Shown: in pieces, positions 37,566 through 45,070 of the stretch
Layout of the letters: each line of letters starts with the position of its first letter
How positions within the stretch are numbered: the first letter of the stretch is position 1
DNA from: an uncultured virus (IMG/VR IMGVR_UViG_3300025471_000688)
Taxonomy: Duplodnaviria > Heunggongvirae > Uroviricota > Caudoviricetes
Strand: one strand, 5' to 3'
IMG/VR virus record: IMGVR_UViG_3300025471_000688
Length of the DNA stretch: 64,000 nucleotides
Notes under the pieces: model-generated
What the model saw: the letters and a program-made list of their open reading frames with translations, nothing else
Databases searched by the model: none
Told to the model about the DNA's origin: nothing
Position numbers and translations under genes: made by a program

Positions 37566-38714
37566 TCAGGCCGCTTCCTTCTGGGCGCTCTCCGCTCCTC
37601 CGGCAAGCAGCGGCTCCAGCAGGTGCGCCGCAAGGAACCGGACCACCGGGACGACGACGCCGTCGCCGGCGAGGTGGTAGGCGTCATTGTAGTTCGCCGG
37701 CAACTTGTAGGTTTCGGGAAGCCCCATCAGCCGGGCGGCCTCGCGCGGCGCCAGCAGCCGGGACCGAACCTTCCTCCCTTCGACGATCATGATGATTTGC
37801 CGGCTCGACCCGCCAACTGGCGTTCGCAGGCATCCCGAGACATCGTCGAAGCGGATTTCCGCTCGTTGTACTCGGCTTCCATTCTCATCTTGGCGAGTGC
37901 GTTTGTAGATTCCGCCGACCATCCGCTTCCCGATTCTCATGGCCTGCTCAACTTTCTTGCGGTTGATCGGGCTCATCAGGCTGATGAGGCGTTCGGTCTC
38001 CGCCGCCGTGTGCCAGGACACTCCTTGCGGTTCGTCTTCGATCACATCGGCGAATCTCAACTTGCGCGCAGGAGGCGCCGGCAAGCTCCACCACACCCAA
38101 GCGTCCTTCGACCGCTCGGACAACTTCTCATAGGCGCTCACCAGATTCTCGGGATGCCAAAGAGGGCCGGCCTCGGGCAATGCGAGGTTTGCGGGGACTA
38201 CTTTCTCCTTGCGCAGCGCCACGACGAACAATCGGGGCCGGGACTGCGGCACAAATCGCACCGCATCCATCACCAGCGCGCCGAAACGATAGCCGCCACC
38301 CGCAAGCGCGGCGCCAATCGCCGCGAAGTCCTTTCCTCCATGAGAGGTGAGTGCGCCGCAGACGTTTTCAAGAACGACGATCGTCGGCGCCCGGCCCTCT
38401 TCCACCAGCGCCTCCATGAGCCGCCAGAAGGGCCAGAATGTCCCCGAGCGCTCGCCTTTCAGCCCGGCGTAATCTCCTGCCAGGGACAGATCCTGGCAGG
38501 GAAACGACGCCCATGCCAGATCGGCGCGGCCCGGAAGGTCCGCCGTGGTCAGTTTGCCCACGTCCTCGATCTTGAGGCGCTCGCGCCCCCAGTTCGCCTC
38601 GTAGCTCGCGCCTTTCTTCGTGTCGATATCGTTGGCGAACAGGCACTCCCAGCCGTCGCCGAGCCCGGCTCTCGCCAGGCCGCCGCCTGCGAAGAACTCA
38701 TAGAAGGTCGGCAT
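37566..38714 (-). CDS. dcm: DNA cytosine-5 methyltransferase
   Basis: EFFAGGG, WASFPCQDLS, LENV, QSRPRLF, REAARLMG. Confidence 0.93.
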   Translation of the reverse strand: MPTFYEFFAGGGLARAGLGDGWECLFANDIDTKKGASYEANWGRERLKIEDVGKLTTADLPGRADLAWASFPCQDLSLAGDYAGLKGERSGTFWPFWRLMEALVEEGRAPTIVVLENVCGALTSHGGKDFAAIGAALAGGGYRFGALVMDAVRFVPQSRPRLFVVALRKEKVVPANLALPEAGPLWHPENLVSAYEKLSERSKDAWVWWSLPAPPARKLRFADVIEDEPQGVSWHTAAETERLISLMSPINRKKVEQAMRIGKRMVGGIYKRTRQDENGSRVQRAEIRFDDVSGCLRTPVGGSSRQIIMIVEGRKVRSRLLAPREAARLMGLPETYKLPANYNDAYHLAGDGVVVPVVRFLAAHLLEPLLAGGAESAQKEAA

Positions 38715-38719
38715 GCGCT

Positions 38720-38923
38720 CTACTCCTGCCCTTTGAACAGTGGCCACTTCTGCGCGAGATACTGTTCCGCCGTCTCCCGCACAACCCACGCCAACGAGAC
38801 TTTCTTTTCCTTGGCGATGCCCTCGAGCACCTTGTAGACGTCGGGCGGGAAGCTGATCGACGCACGCACGGCGGCGTTGCTCTGAACCTTCTCTCTCTGC
38901 CGCGCTCCCTCTTTGGTTTTCAT
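38720..38923 (-). CDS. CopG/RHH transcriptional regulator
   Basis: RASISFPPDVYKVLEGIAKEKKVSLAWVVRE. Confidence 0.8.
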   Translation of the reverse strand: MKTKEGARQREKVQSNAAVRASISFPPDVYKVLEGIAKEKKVSLAWVVRETAEQYLAQKWPLFKGQE

Positions 38924-38931
38924 GTCCGAAC

Positions 38932-39408
38932 CTAGCGGTTATCGTTCTTCACCACATTACACCATATCGGTGAATCCGGGAAGTGGCTGTAGGCGGACGG
39001 CTCCGGACAGCCCGCAAGCCTTTGCCACTCCAGCCTTTGTTCGTCCCAACGCACGATCTTGGCGATCCTCCTCAGCGCTGCCTCGCTGAAGGGCGCGCGG
39101 CCGGAGGGCGGCAAACGCAGCACGGCCTTCTGGATGTCCGGCGCGAGCCAGACGAGCATCATGATCTGGCTGATCCGCTCGCGGCTGACACATCCCAGGC
39201 GCGCCAGATCCGCGTAGTCGCGCACCTCGCCGCTGTCGATCATCTCCTGAAACTGAAGCGCCAGCGCCAGCACCTGCGCGGCACGCGGGTAGCGCCCAGT
39301 CCGCCGCACCGCCGTCACCGTGGATTCCGTAGCCCGCTCCGCGCGTTGGATTTCCCGCACGGTTGGCCTCAGCTTGAACCTCACCTCGAACAGGCTGCTC
39401 GCCGCCAT
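38932..39408 (-). CDS. Recombinase-associated HTH protein
   Basis: LALALQFQEMIDSGEVRDYADLARLGCVSRERISQIM..LAPDIQ; a type typically seen next to large serine recombinases. Confidence 0.7.
   Translation of the reverse strand: MAASSLFEVRFKLRPTVREIQRAERATESTVTAVRRTGRYPRAAQVLALALQFQEMIDSGEVRDYADLARLGCVSRERISQIMMLVWLAPDIQKAVLRLPPSGRAPFSEAALRRIAKIVRWDEQRLEWQRLAGCPEPSAYSHFPDSPIWCNVVKNDNR
38998..39020 (+). repeat. 23-bp direct repeat, right copy
   Basis: CGGCTCCGGACAGCCCGCAAGCC. Confidence 0.85.
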
Positions 39409-40967
39409 TACTTTCCTGTGACCTCCATGCAAAGCTGCTTAATCGCCGCGGTCCGGAAGCCAACCGTCACCTCGCCGCTGCGGCCGTCGTACGTCACCTG
39501 CTCGACCAGGGTCTTGACGAACTTCTCCTGCTCGCGCGGCGTCATCTCGGCCCACAATCGGTCAAACTCACGCAGGGTTCTGCGGACGTCGGCCACGTCC
39601 ACCGTCTGGCCCACCCATTCGGCCAACTGGTCGCGAACCTCGCGCAGTTTTCGTTCAAGCACTGCCGCGCGCTCCTGCACCTCGGCCATGCGGTCCACCG
39701 CCAGTTTGCCGCCCGTCCGCACGAGGCCCGCGAGTTCCTGGCTCAGCCGTTCGAGTTCGCGCTCGATCAGCCGCTTCTCGCGTTCCAGGGTTTCGATGTC
39801 GCCCACGCGCTGCTCGCCCAGCGACTCAACAACCCGATCCACGACACTCGGGTTGGCGGCGATGCCGCGGATCTGCTCGATGACCGCCTGTTCGATCGCG
39901 GGCGCCGAGACCGAACGCGTGGGGCACTGGTTGTAGCCTTTCTGGTGTGCGTTCACGCAGACGTAGTAGCGGTAGAGCTTGTTCGGCGTCTTCTGCGTGT
40001 AGGTGTGGACCATGCCCGCATCGCAACTCGCGCAGCGCAGGATGCCCTTGAGCACCGCACCATACTTGTTGCGCACCTGGCGTCCGCCGGTCCTGCCGTT
40101 GTAGCGGAGGCGGTCCTGCACCCGCTGCCAGATTTCGGGATCGACAATGCCCTCGTGCTCGCCGTCGTAGATCTGGCCACCGTATTTGACCTTGCCCACG
40201 TAGACCATGTTCGTCAGCAGGTTGTAGAGCCGGTTCTTGGCAAACGGCTGGCCGCCGGCAACCGACCCTTTGCGCGTGGTCCATTCCTTCATCCGCCAGC
40301 CGCGCCGATTCAGTTCCTGCACCACTGGAATCAGCGAGCCGTGCTCGAGATAGAGATCGAAGATGGCCCGGACGCGCGCGGCTTCGTCTTCGTTCACCAC
40401 CAGTGCGCCACCGCGATCGCTCAAGTCGTAGCCGAGCATCGGAATCCCGCCTACCCAGCGGCCTTTGCGCCGCGCGGCCGACATCTTGTCCCGGGTGCGT
40501 TCGGCGATCATCTCCCGCTCGAACTGGGCGAACGAGAGGAGGATGTTCAGCGTCAGGCGCCCGAGCGAGCTGGTCGTGTTGAATTGCTGGGTGACCGAAA
40601 CGAAGCTGACGCCGTGCTTGTCGAGCACCTCCATGATCCGCGCGAAGTCGAGCAGGGACCGCGTCAGGCGATCTACCTTGTAGGTCATCACGCAGTCGAC
40701 CAGCCCGTCGCGCACGTCCTGAAGCAGCTTCTGCAACGCGGGACGGTCCATGTTGGCGCCGGTGTAGCCGCCATCGTCGTAGTGATCGGGCAGCGCCACC
40801 CATCCTTCGCCGCGCTGGCTGCGGATGAAGGACTCGGCCGCATCTCGCTGCGCGTCGAGGGTGTTGAACTCCTGATCGAGACCTTCCTCGGTCGACTTGC
40901 GCGTGTAAATCGCGCAGCGTACTGTCGAGCGCCGGGGAGTTGCAAGCGAACCGTTACCGTCGGCCAT
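39408..40967 (-). CDS. Large serine recombinase (integrase)
   Basis: CAIYTRKS (catalytic Ser), DRLTRS, AQFERE, recombinase domain, Zn ribbon CASC...YYVC. Confidence 0.95.
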   Translation of the reverse strand: MADGNGSLATPRRSTVRCAIYTRKSTEEGLDQEFNTLDAQRDAAESFIRSQRGEGWVALPDHYDDGGYTGANMDRPALQKLLQDVRDGLVDCVMTYKVDRLTRSLLDFARIMEVLDKHGVSFVSVTQQFNTTSSLGRLTLNILLSFAQFEREMIAERTRDKMSAARRKGRWVGGIPMLGYDLSDRGGALVVNEDEAARVRAIFDLYLEHGSLIPVVQELNRRGWRMKEWTTRKGSVAGGQPFAKNRLYNLLTNMVYVGKVKYGGQIYDGEHEGIVDPEIWQRVQDRLRYNGRTGGRQVRNKYGAVLKGILRCASCDAGMVHTYTQKTPNKLYRYYVCVNAHQKGYNQCPTRSVSAPAIEQAVIEQIRGIAANPSVVDRVVESLGEQRVGDIETLEREKRLIERELERLSQELAGLVRTGGKLAVDRMAEVQERAAVLERKLREVRDQLAEWVGQTVDVADVRRTLREFDRLWAEMTPREQEKFVKTLVEQVTYDGRSGEVTVGFRTAAIKQLCMEVTGK

Positions 40968-41466
40968 TCTTCTTCTCCGTCAGCCCAAAGAAGAGCAGGC
41001 CATTCCACTTGGCGCCCGTGATCTCCTGGGCTATCGCGCTCAGCGACGTGTACCGCCGGTTGTCATACGCGAAGCGCCCGTCGTCGAGGACCTGCACGAC
41101 GTGGGTCCTGCCCTTGTATTGCTTCACGATCACCCCGCCTGGCATGGGCAGCCGCGGATCGTGATCGGGCTGAATCGTCGCAACCGTTGTCTGCTCAGGC
41201 GGGAGGCCAGCGCGGCGCTTGCTGGCGTTGGTGGTCACGCGGTTTCGCAAGGGCGTGTCGCGCGCGATGGCGCGAGCCAGTTCACGAACCTCGTCAGGCT
41301 GCCAGCCCTCTTCTTCGGCCTGCAATCGCCAGGCGATCTTGCGGAAGAGGAACCGCCGGTGCGCGCTCACCGGCTCCTTGCCGAAGACCTTGAGATGCTC
41401 TTCGCGCAACGCCGGCACGTTCATCGCGGCGAGCGCGGCGATCCGATCCCGGAGCGTCTTCTTCAT
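40954..41466 (-). CDS. DUF2924 domain protein
   Basis: LFRKIAWRLQ, PG..IVKQYKG, SLSAIAQEITGAKWNGLLFFGL. Confidence 0.88.
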   Translation of the reverse strand: MKKTLRDRIAALAAMNVPALREEHLKVFGKEPVSAHRRFLFRKIAWRLQAEEEGWQPDEVRELARAIARDTPLRNRVTTNASKRRAGLPPEQTTVATIQPDHDPRLPMPGGVIVKQYKGRTHVVQVLDDGRFAYDNRRYTSLSAIAQEITGAKWNGLLFFGLTEKKNGRR

Positions 41467-41651
41467 GCGTCAACCTCACTGACATGAAGGCTCTCCGGGC
41501 GCGGGTTATCAAGTTCTCCGTTGACGGTTTCGGGCGCATCTTTGGCGGCGGTTTCGATGCGCCGGGCGCGCCGGTAGCGCTGGTAAGCGGTGGCGAGGAG
41601 CTGGGCAATCTCGGCGACAGCTTCGCGCGTTCGTCGGTCTCGGAAATCCAT
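41463..41651 (-). CDS. Small conserved protein of the recombinase cassette
   Basis: EIAQLLATAYQR...LDNPRPESLHV; 4-nt overlap with DUF2924. Confidence 0.6.
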   Translation of the reverse strand: MDFRDRRTREAVAEIAQLLATAYQRYRRARRIETAAKDAPETVNGELDNPRPESLHVSEVDA

Positions 41652-41710
41652 GGGCGCCGGTCCTTCCGGCCCACAACGGCTTCCGCTTTGCGGCCACGCG
41701 CGCTGCCTGG

Positions 41711-41750
41711 CTCTGTCAATAAATACTCACGCGAGTTCGAAAGTGTCCAA
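41711..41750 (-). promoter_or_regulatory. Putative phage promoter, copy 2 (TTGGACA-N12-CGTGAGTATTTATTGACAGAG)
   Basis: Matches 21090-21129. Confidence 0.6.
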
Positions 41751-42000
41751 CCGGGCTACGCTCTCAACCGGCCTGTCAACAAACGCGGACCTGTCAACGG
41801 AGAAAACGGAGAGTTTGAAGGGTTCAGAGAGGCCAACGAACCGAACCATGATGGTTCAGCGCGTGGCCCGCTCGGAGGCGTTTCCAACCGGAGAACCGCG
41901 CCGAAACGCAAATACTGGCGAATGTTTGGGATAACGCGCGGCCGCAAGAGGCGCTGGCGTCAAGCAAAACGGGGCGGCGGGAAGTTACGGTTTTTGGGTG

Positions 42001-42030
42001 TGGCTCCCCGTCGTGGACACGTTTCGAACT
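42001..42030 (-). other. att-like junction carrying a tRNA 3' end (tRNA-Asn-like)
   Basis: Minus strand GT-CCACG-ACGGGGA-G-CCA reads as T-loop end, T-stem, acceptor stem, discriminator G and CCA; no tRNA 5' part upstream; next to the recombinase cassette. Confidence 0.6.
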
Positions 42031-42125
42031 CTGGTGGCTTGCCCGCCGCCGGAGATCGCGGAGGTGTTCCAACAGATGCAAATGCATATGGAGACTTGAG
42101 GTTAAGTTCAGCCTTTCTGAACAGA

Positions 42126-44054
42126 TTAGGCGCCGGAGGAATAAGTAAGCGACGGAACGAATAGTCCAAGACCAAAATGGCAGAACTGCCCGATCGCAAA
42201 AGGTCGCGACGGACGCCGGGACGAAAATCTGATTCTAAGCATCATGCCGGGACCCTTGGCTTGATCATCTTCCGTGCGGATGCGATGGAATGCCAGAGCC
42301 GGCACGAAGCGCTGGCCATTGGAGACATACAAGCCGCGGCTCAGGCCAAGAGGGGACGCTTGGTCCGGGTCTCGCGTGCAGGCACGCGGATAACGGATGG
42401 GATCCATCCCGGTCGCTGGAACGGGGAGGGGAGCATTCAATGAGGCGATCAGGAAGCCGCCGCGCTGTACTACGGTCTCGCCCGAGGGGCCCTGGAGATC
42501 CGTTTGTACGTGTGTAAGAAACTCCTGGCGTGGGTCGGATGCCTTTACGGATCCCAGAGATGACGGGTCGTAGTCGAACACAATCTCGTCAATTTCATCG
42601 GGCGTCGGCAATCCGATTTGTGAAAGAGACTGGCGGATCTGGTCTTTGAGAGAGCGGGCTCTCCCGGACCGCCCTCTAAGATGAACGGGGCAAAAGTAAG
42701 GAGTGGCTGAGATGAACTCCGATGCTGTATCGGCCTCGGCGAGACGAGTGGGGCACTCTTCCCATTTGCCTTCGAAGGCTGGCGTAAGTAGGAGACTAGC
42801 CCGGGAGCCAGCTTGCTCAATGCGATTAAGCGTGAGCAGTGCGGTCAAGTCTCTTTCAGAGAAGCCGTCCTTACATAGCACAATGAGGTGATCGAGGAAG
42901 CCATCGCAATCTTCGTCGACTGGCCACCAAAAGGCGTGCGCCGAGTGGCTGCCGTTTTCGCTCCCGAACTTCACGACCTGTTCGCCATCTGCCTCGGAGA
43001 AAAGCTGATACCGTTGCGCATCGTCACGATATCGCTTTCCCGAGAGTTGCGGCGAACAGAAGCCACCGTTTTGTCGGGCAAAAATCGCCATCGCGGCGGC
43101 ACGGCATCGCTGGGCAATTGCCAGTGTCGCTGTCACTGGCGGCAGAGTCGCACGATGTACAGTGGCGGTATTCAAAACATATCGGACCACCTGCCGCTCG
43201 CGCCTTGGACCCAATTGATTTTCCGCGTTCGCGTTTCGACCAGTAGTCGTCCGAACCGGCAAGCGAAGAACCTGCTTCGGCACCGCGTAATGCAGCCAGC
43301 GTGTCCCCCAGGGTCGATCCCCGGATTTCATAGACTGGGCGGTCGGTTGAAGCAACGCGCGTAAAAGAAGCTCAGGGGCATCAGCGGTTGGCACTTTAAA
43401 CTCCTCTTTCAGAAACGCGCACTCAGCCGGATCCCACCCCAACCGCTTTTCGACGGTATAGTCGCAATGCTCGCGCCACCCGCGGTTTTCGAAATGCTCT
43501 TTGAACGCCCCATCGTCTTCCGTAGCCACACAGGGCCAATGGATTTCCGACTGGAACCCTTCGGTCGCAACATCGGCATTGCACCATGACTCCGCGCGAC
43601 CGAAGTAAAGCAGCCGTGAGACCAACGAGTTCAGATTTTTCGTCTCTTGCTCGTCCAGGTCCACATTCGACCACTCGAAGACAAGGGGATGCTCGGGATC
43701 AACGGCCGCAAATGTGTCGAAAGTCTGCGTGCCGGGCCTTTCGCCAGATTTGATTGCAAAGAAATGGCGGGTATGCCCGATGCCTGTAGCCGGAAGCCAC
43801 ACTACAGGTGGATCGGTCAGCTTGTGCAACAACGCAGCCAATGTCGTGAGCGGAAGAGCGTCTACATGCTTTGCACAAAATTGGTAGCCCGGCTCAGGAA
43901 GGGTGGTTAACCCTCGCCCTGCAACTGCAACAAGGGCCCTCAGCAGGCGCCAAGGCGACGGCGGCCATTCGACGCGACCCTCGTTAGGAGCCGCGTGCCA
44001 AGGGTGCAGATGCGCCCTGCCCGTGAGAAATCGGATGTGGATTGAGGCTGCCAT
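42126..44054 (-). CDS. csb2: Type I-G (I-U) Cas5/Cas6 fusion protein
   Basis: 642 aa; GRAHLHPW..NEGRVEWPPSPWRLLRAL, YFGRAESW, SATPY, C-terminal G-loop GQFCHFGLGLF. Confidence 0.9.
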   Translation of the reverse strand: MAASIHIRFLTGRAHLHPWHAAPNEGRVEWPPSPWRLLRALVAVAGRGLTTLPEPGYQFCAKHVDALPLTTLAALLHKLTDPPVVWLPATGIGHTRHFFAIKSGERPGTQTFDTFAAVDPEHPLVFEWSNVDLDEQETKNLNSLVSRLLYFGRAESWCNADVATEGFQSEIHWPCVATEDDGAFKEHFENRGWREHCDYTVEKRLGWDPAECAFLKEEFKVPTADAPELLLRALLQPTAQSMKSGDRPWGTRWLHYAVPKQVLRLPVRTTTGRNANAENQLGPRRERQVVRYVLNTATVHRATLPPVTATLAIAQRCRAAAMAIFARQNGGFCSPQLSGKRYRDDAQRYQLFSEADGEQVVKFGSENGSHSAHAFWWPVDEDCDGFLDHLIVLCKDGFSERDLTALLTLNRIEQAGSRASLLLTPAFEGKWEECPTRLAEADTASEFISATPYFCPVHLRGRSGRARSLKDQIRQSLSQIGLPTPDEIDEIVFDYDPSSLGSVKASDPRQEFLTHVQTDLQGPSGETVVQRGGFLIASLNAPLPVPATGMDPIRYPRACTRDPDQASPLGLSRGLYVSNGQRFVPALAFHRIRTEDDQAKGPGMMLRIRFSSRRPSRPFAIGQFCHFGLGLFVPSLTYSSGA

Positions 44055-44056
44055 GT

Positions 44057-45070
44057 TCAGGCACGGTCGAGTTCGAACGGCTGAAATCCCCCGGCTCCTC
44101 CCGTCAAAGACGGGGGTAGTTTGTTCGCCTTGGGGAATACCGCTTGTCGTCGATTTTGGGTGAAGGCGGCCTTGATGGTTGTGCGCAAATCGTAGTTGAT
44201 CGTGGGGACGAAATCGGGGTCCAACACGCACGCGGTGCGTAGGCGCGGAAACGACTGGATGAGCTTACGTACCTTGTAGAGCGCGAAAGATGCCAGGAAA
44301 TTCCGCTCTTCGTTATCAAGACCCCACGAGTTCAATGTGTCAGTGTGGAAAGTCAACTGAAGCTTGATATCGCTCGATGCAAAATGCTGGGTGCTATATG
44401 GGATGCTGGCTTCTGAACCCGCGGCCGTGACGTAGCCGCGCATGACACCACCGGCGTTCACGGCTTGAGGCTCCTTGGCTGTAATCGTTGCCGACAGTAG
44501 CCGCGGAAACCGTATGCGCCCATCGAGTCTTTCCAGAAAGACTCCGTGCAGGAGGCAGGCAGGATCGATGTAGAAGAGCCGTTTGGCGATTCTTGGAAGG
44601 TAGACAGGCCGATCTTTGTCTACCTGCAACAGATCTTTAAAAGTTTTTCGGTCTGGGTGCTTGTCATCGCGCCCGACAATCTCATCTGATGCCAACCGAT
44701 GGGGTTCCGTTAACGAGCTTGTCCAGTCCATATTCTTACCATTTACCTTTTTGCGGACGACCACGTATGGGATTCCAGCGCAGTCGTTGTTGTAGCGGCA
44801 TGGATGTTGAGGATCGAGACACAAGGCCTCCATCCAGTTCGCGAGGGACTGCGCCGATTCGACGAGGAGATAATCGGTGACGCCGCCATCATTCATGGCC
44901 TTGTAGAGTGCCGGTCCGAGATTCGGAAAGCCAGTCGGCTGGAATCGCTTGTCAAAACCTTCGGCGACTTTGAGCCGCACCGGCAAGTACCAGCGGCGCG
45001 ACGCGTTCAACAGGGTATCTGGAGTGATTGAACTTGTTTGTGTGTTGTTACTGGATTGCTGTGTGCTCAT
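44057..45070 (-). CDS. csb1: Type I-G Cas7 backbone subunit
   Basis: RFQPTGFPNLGPALY, LLVESAQSLANWME, EPHRLAS, DPACLLHGVF, RFPRLLS, RLRTAC. Confidence 0.9.
   Translation of the reverse strand: MSTQQSSNNTQTSSITPDTLLNASRRWYLPVRLKVAEGFDKRFQPTGFPNLGPALYKAMNDGGVTDYLLVESAQSLANWMEALCLDPQHPCRYNNDCAGIPYVVVRKKVNGKNMDWTSSLTEPHRLASDEIVGRDDKHPDRKTFKDLLQVDKDRPVYLPRIAKRLFYIDPACLLHGVFLERLDGRIRFPRLLSATITAKEPQAVNAGGVMRGYVTAAGSEASIPYSTQHFASSDIKLQLTFHTDTLNSWGLDNEERNFLASFALYKVRKLIQSFPRLRTACVLDPDFVPTINYDLRTTIKAAFTQNRRQAVFPKANKLPPSLTGGAGGFQPFELDRA

Noticed and set aside
42001..42080. Complete tRNA gene
   Set aside because: Only the last 18 nt fit; there are no D or anticodon arms and no matching 5' acceptor strand.
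44041..44048. ATTGAGGC and similar octamers (also ~17080, ~53386) as CRISPR repeat 3' handles
   Set aside because: All lie within coding sequence, with no repeat-like stem and no second copy.
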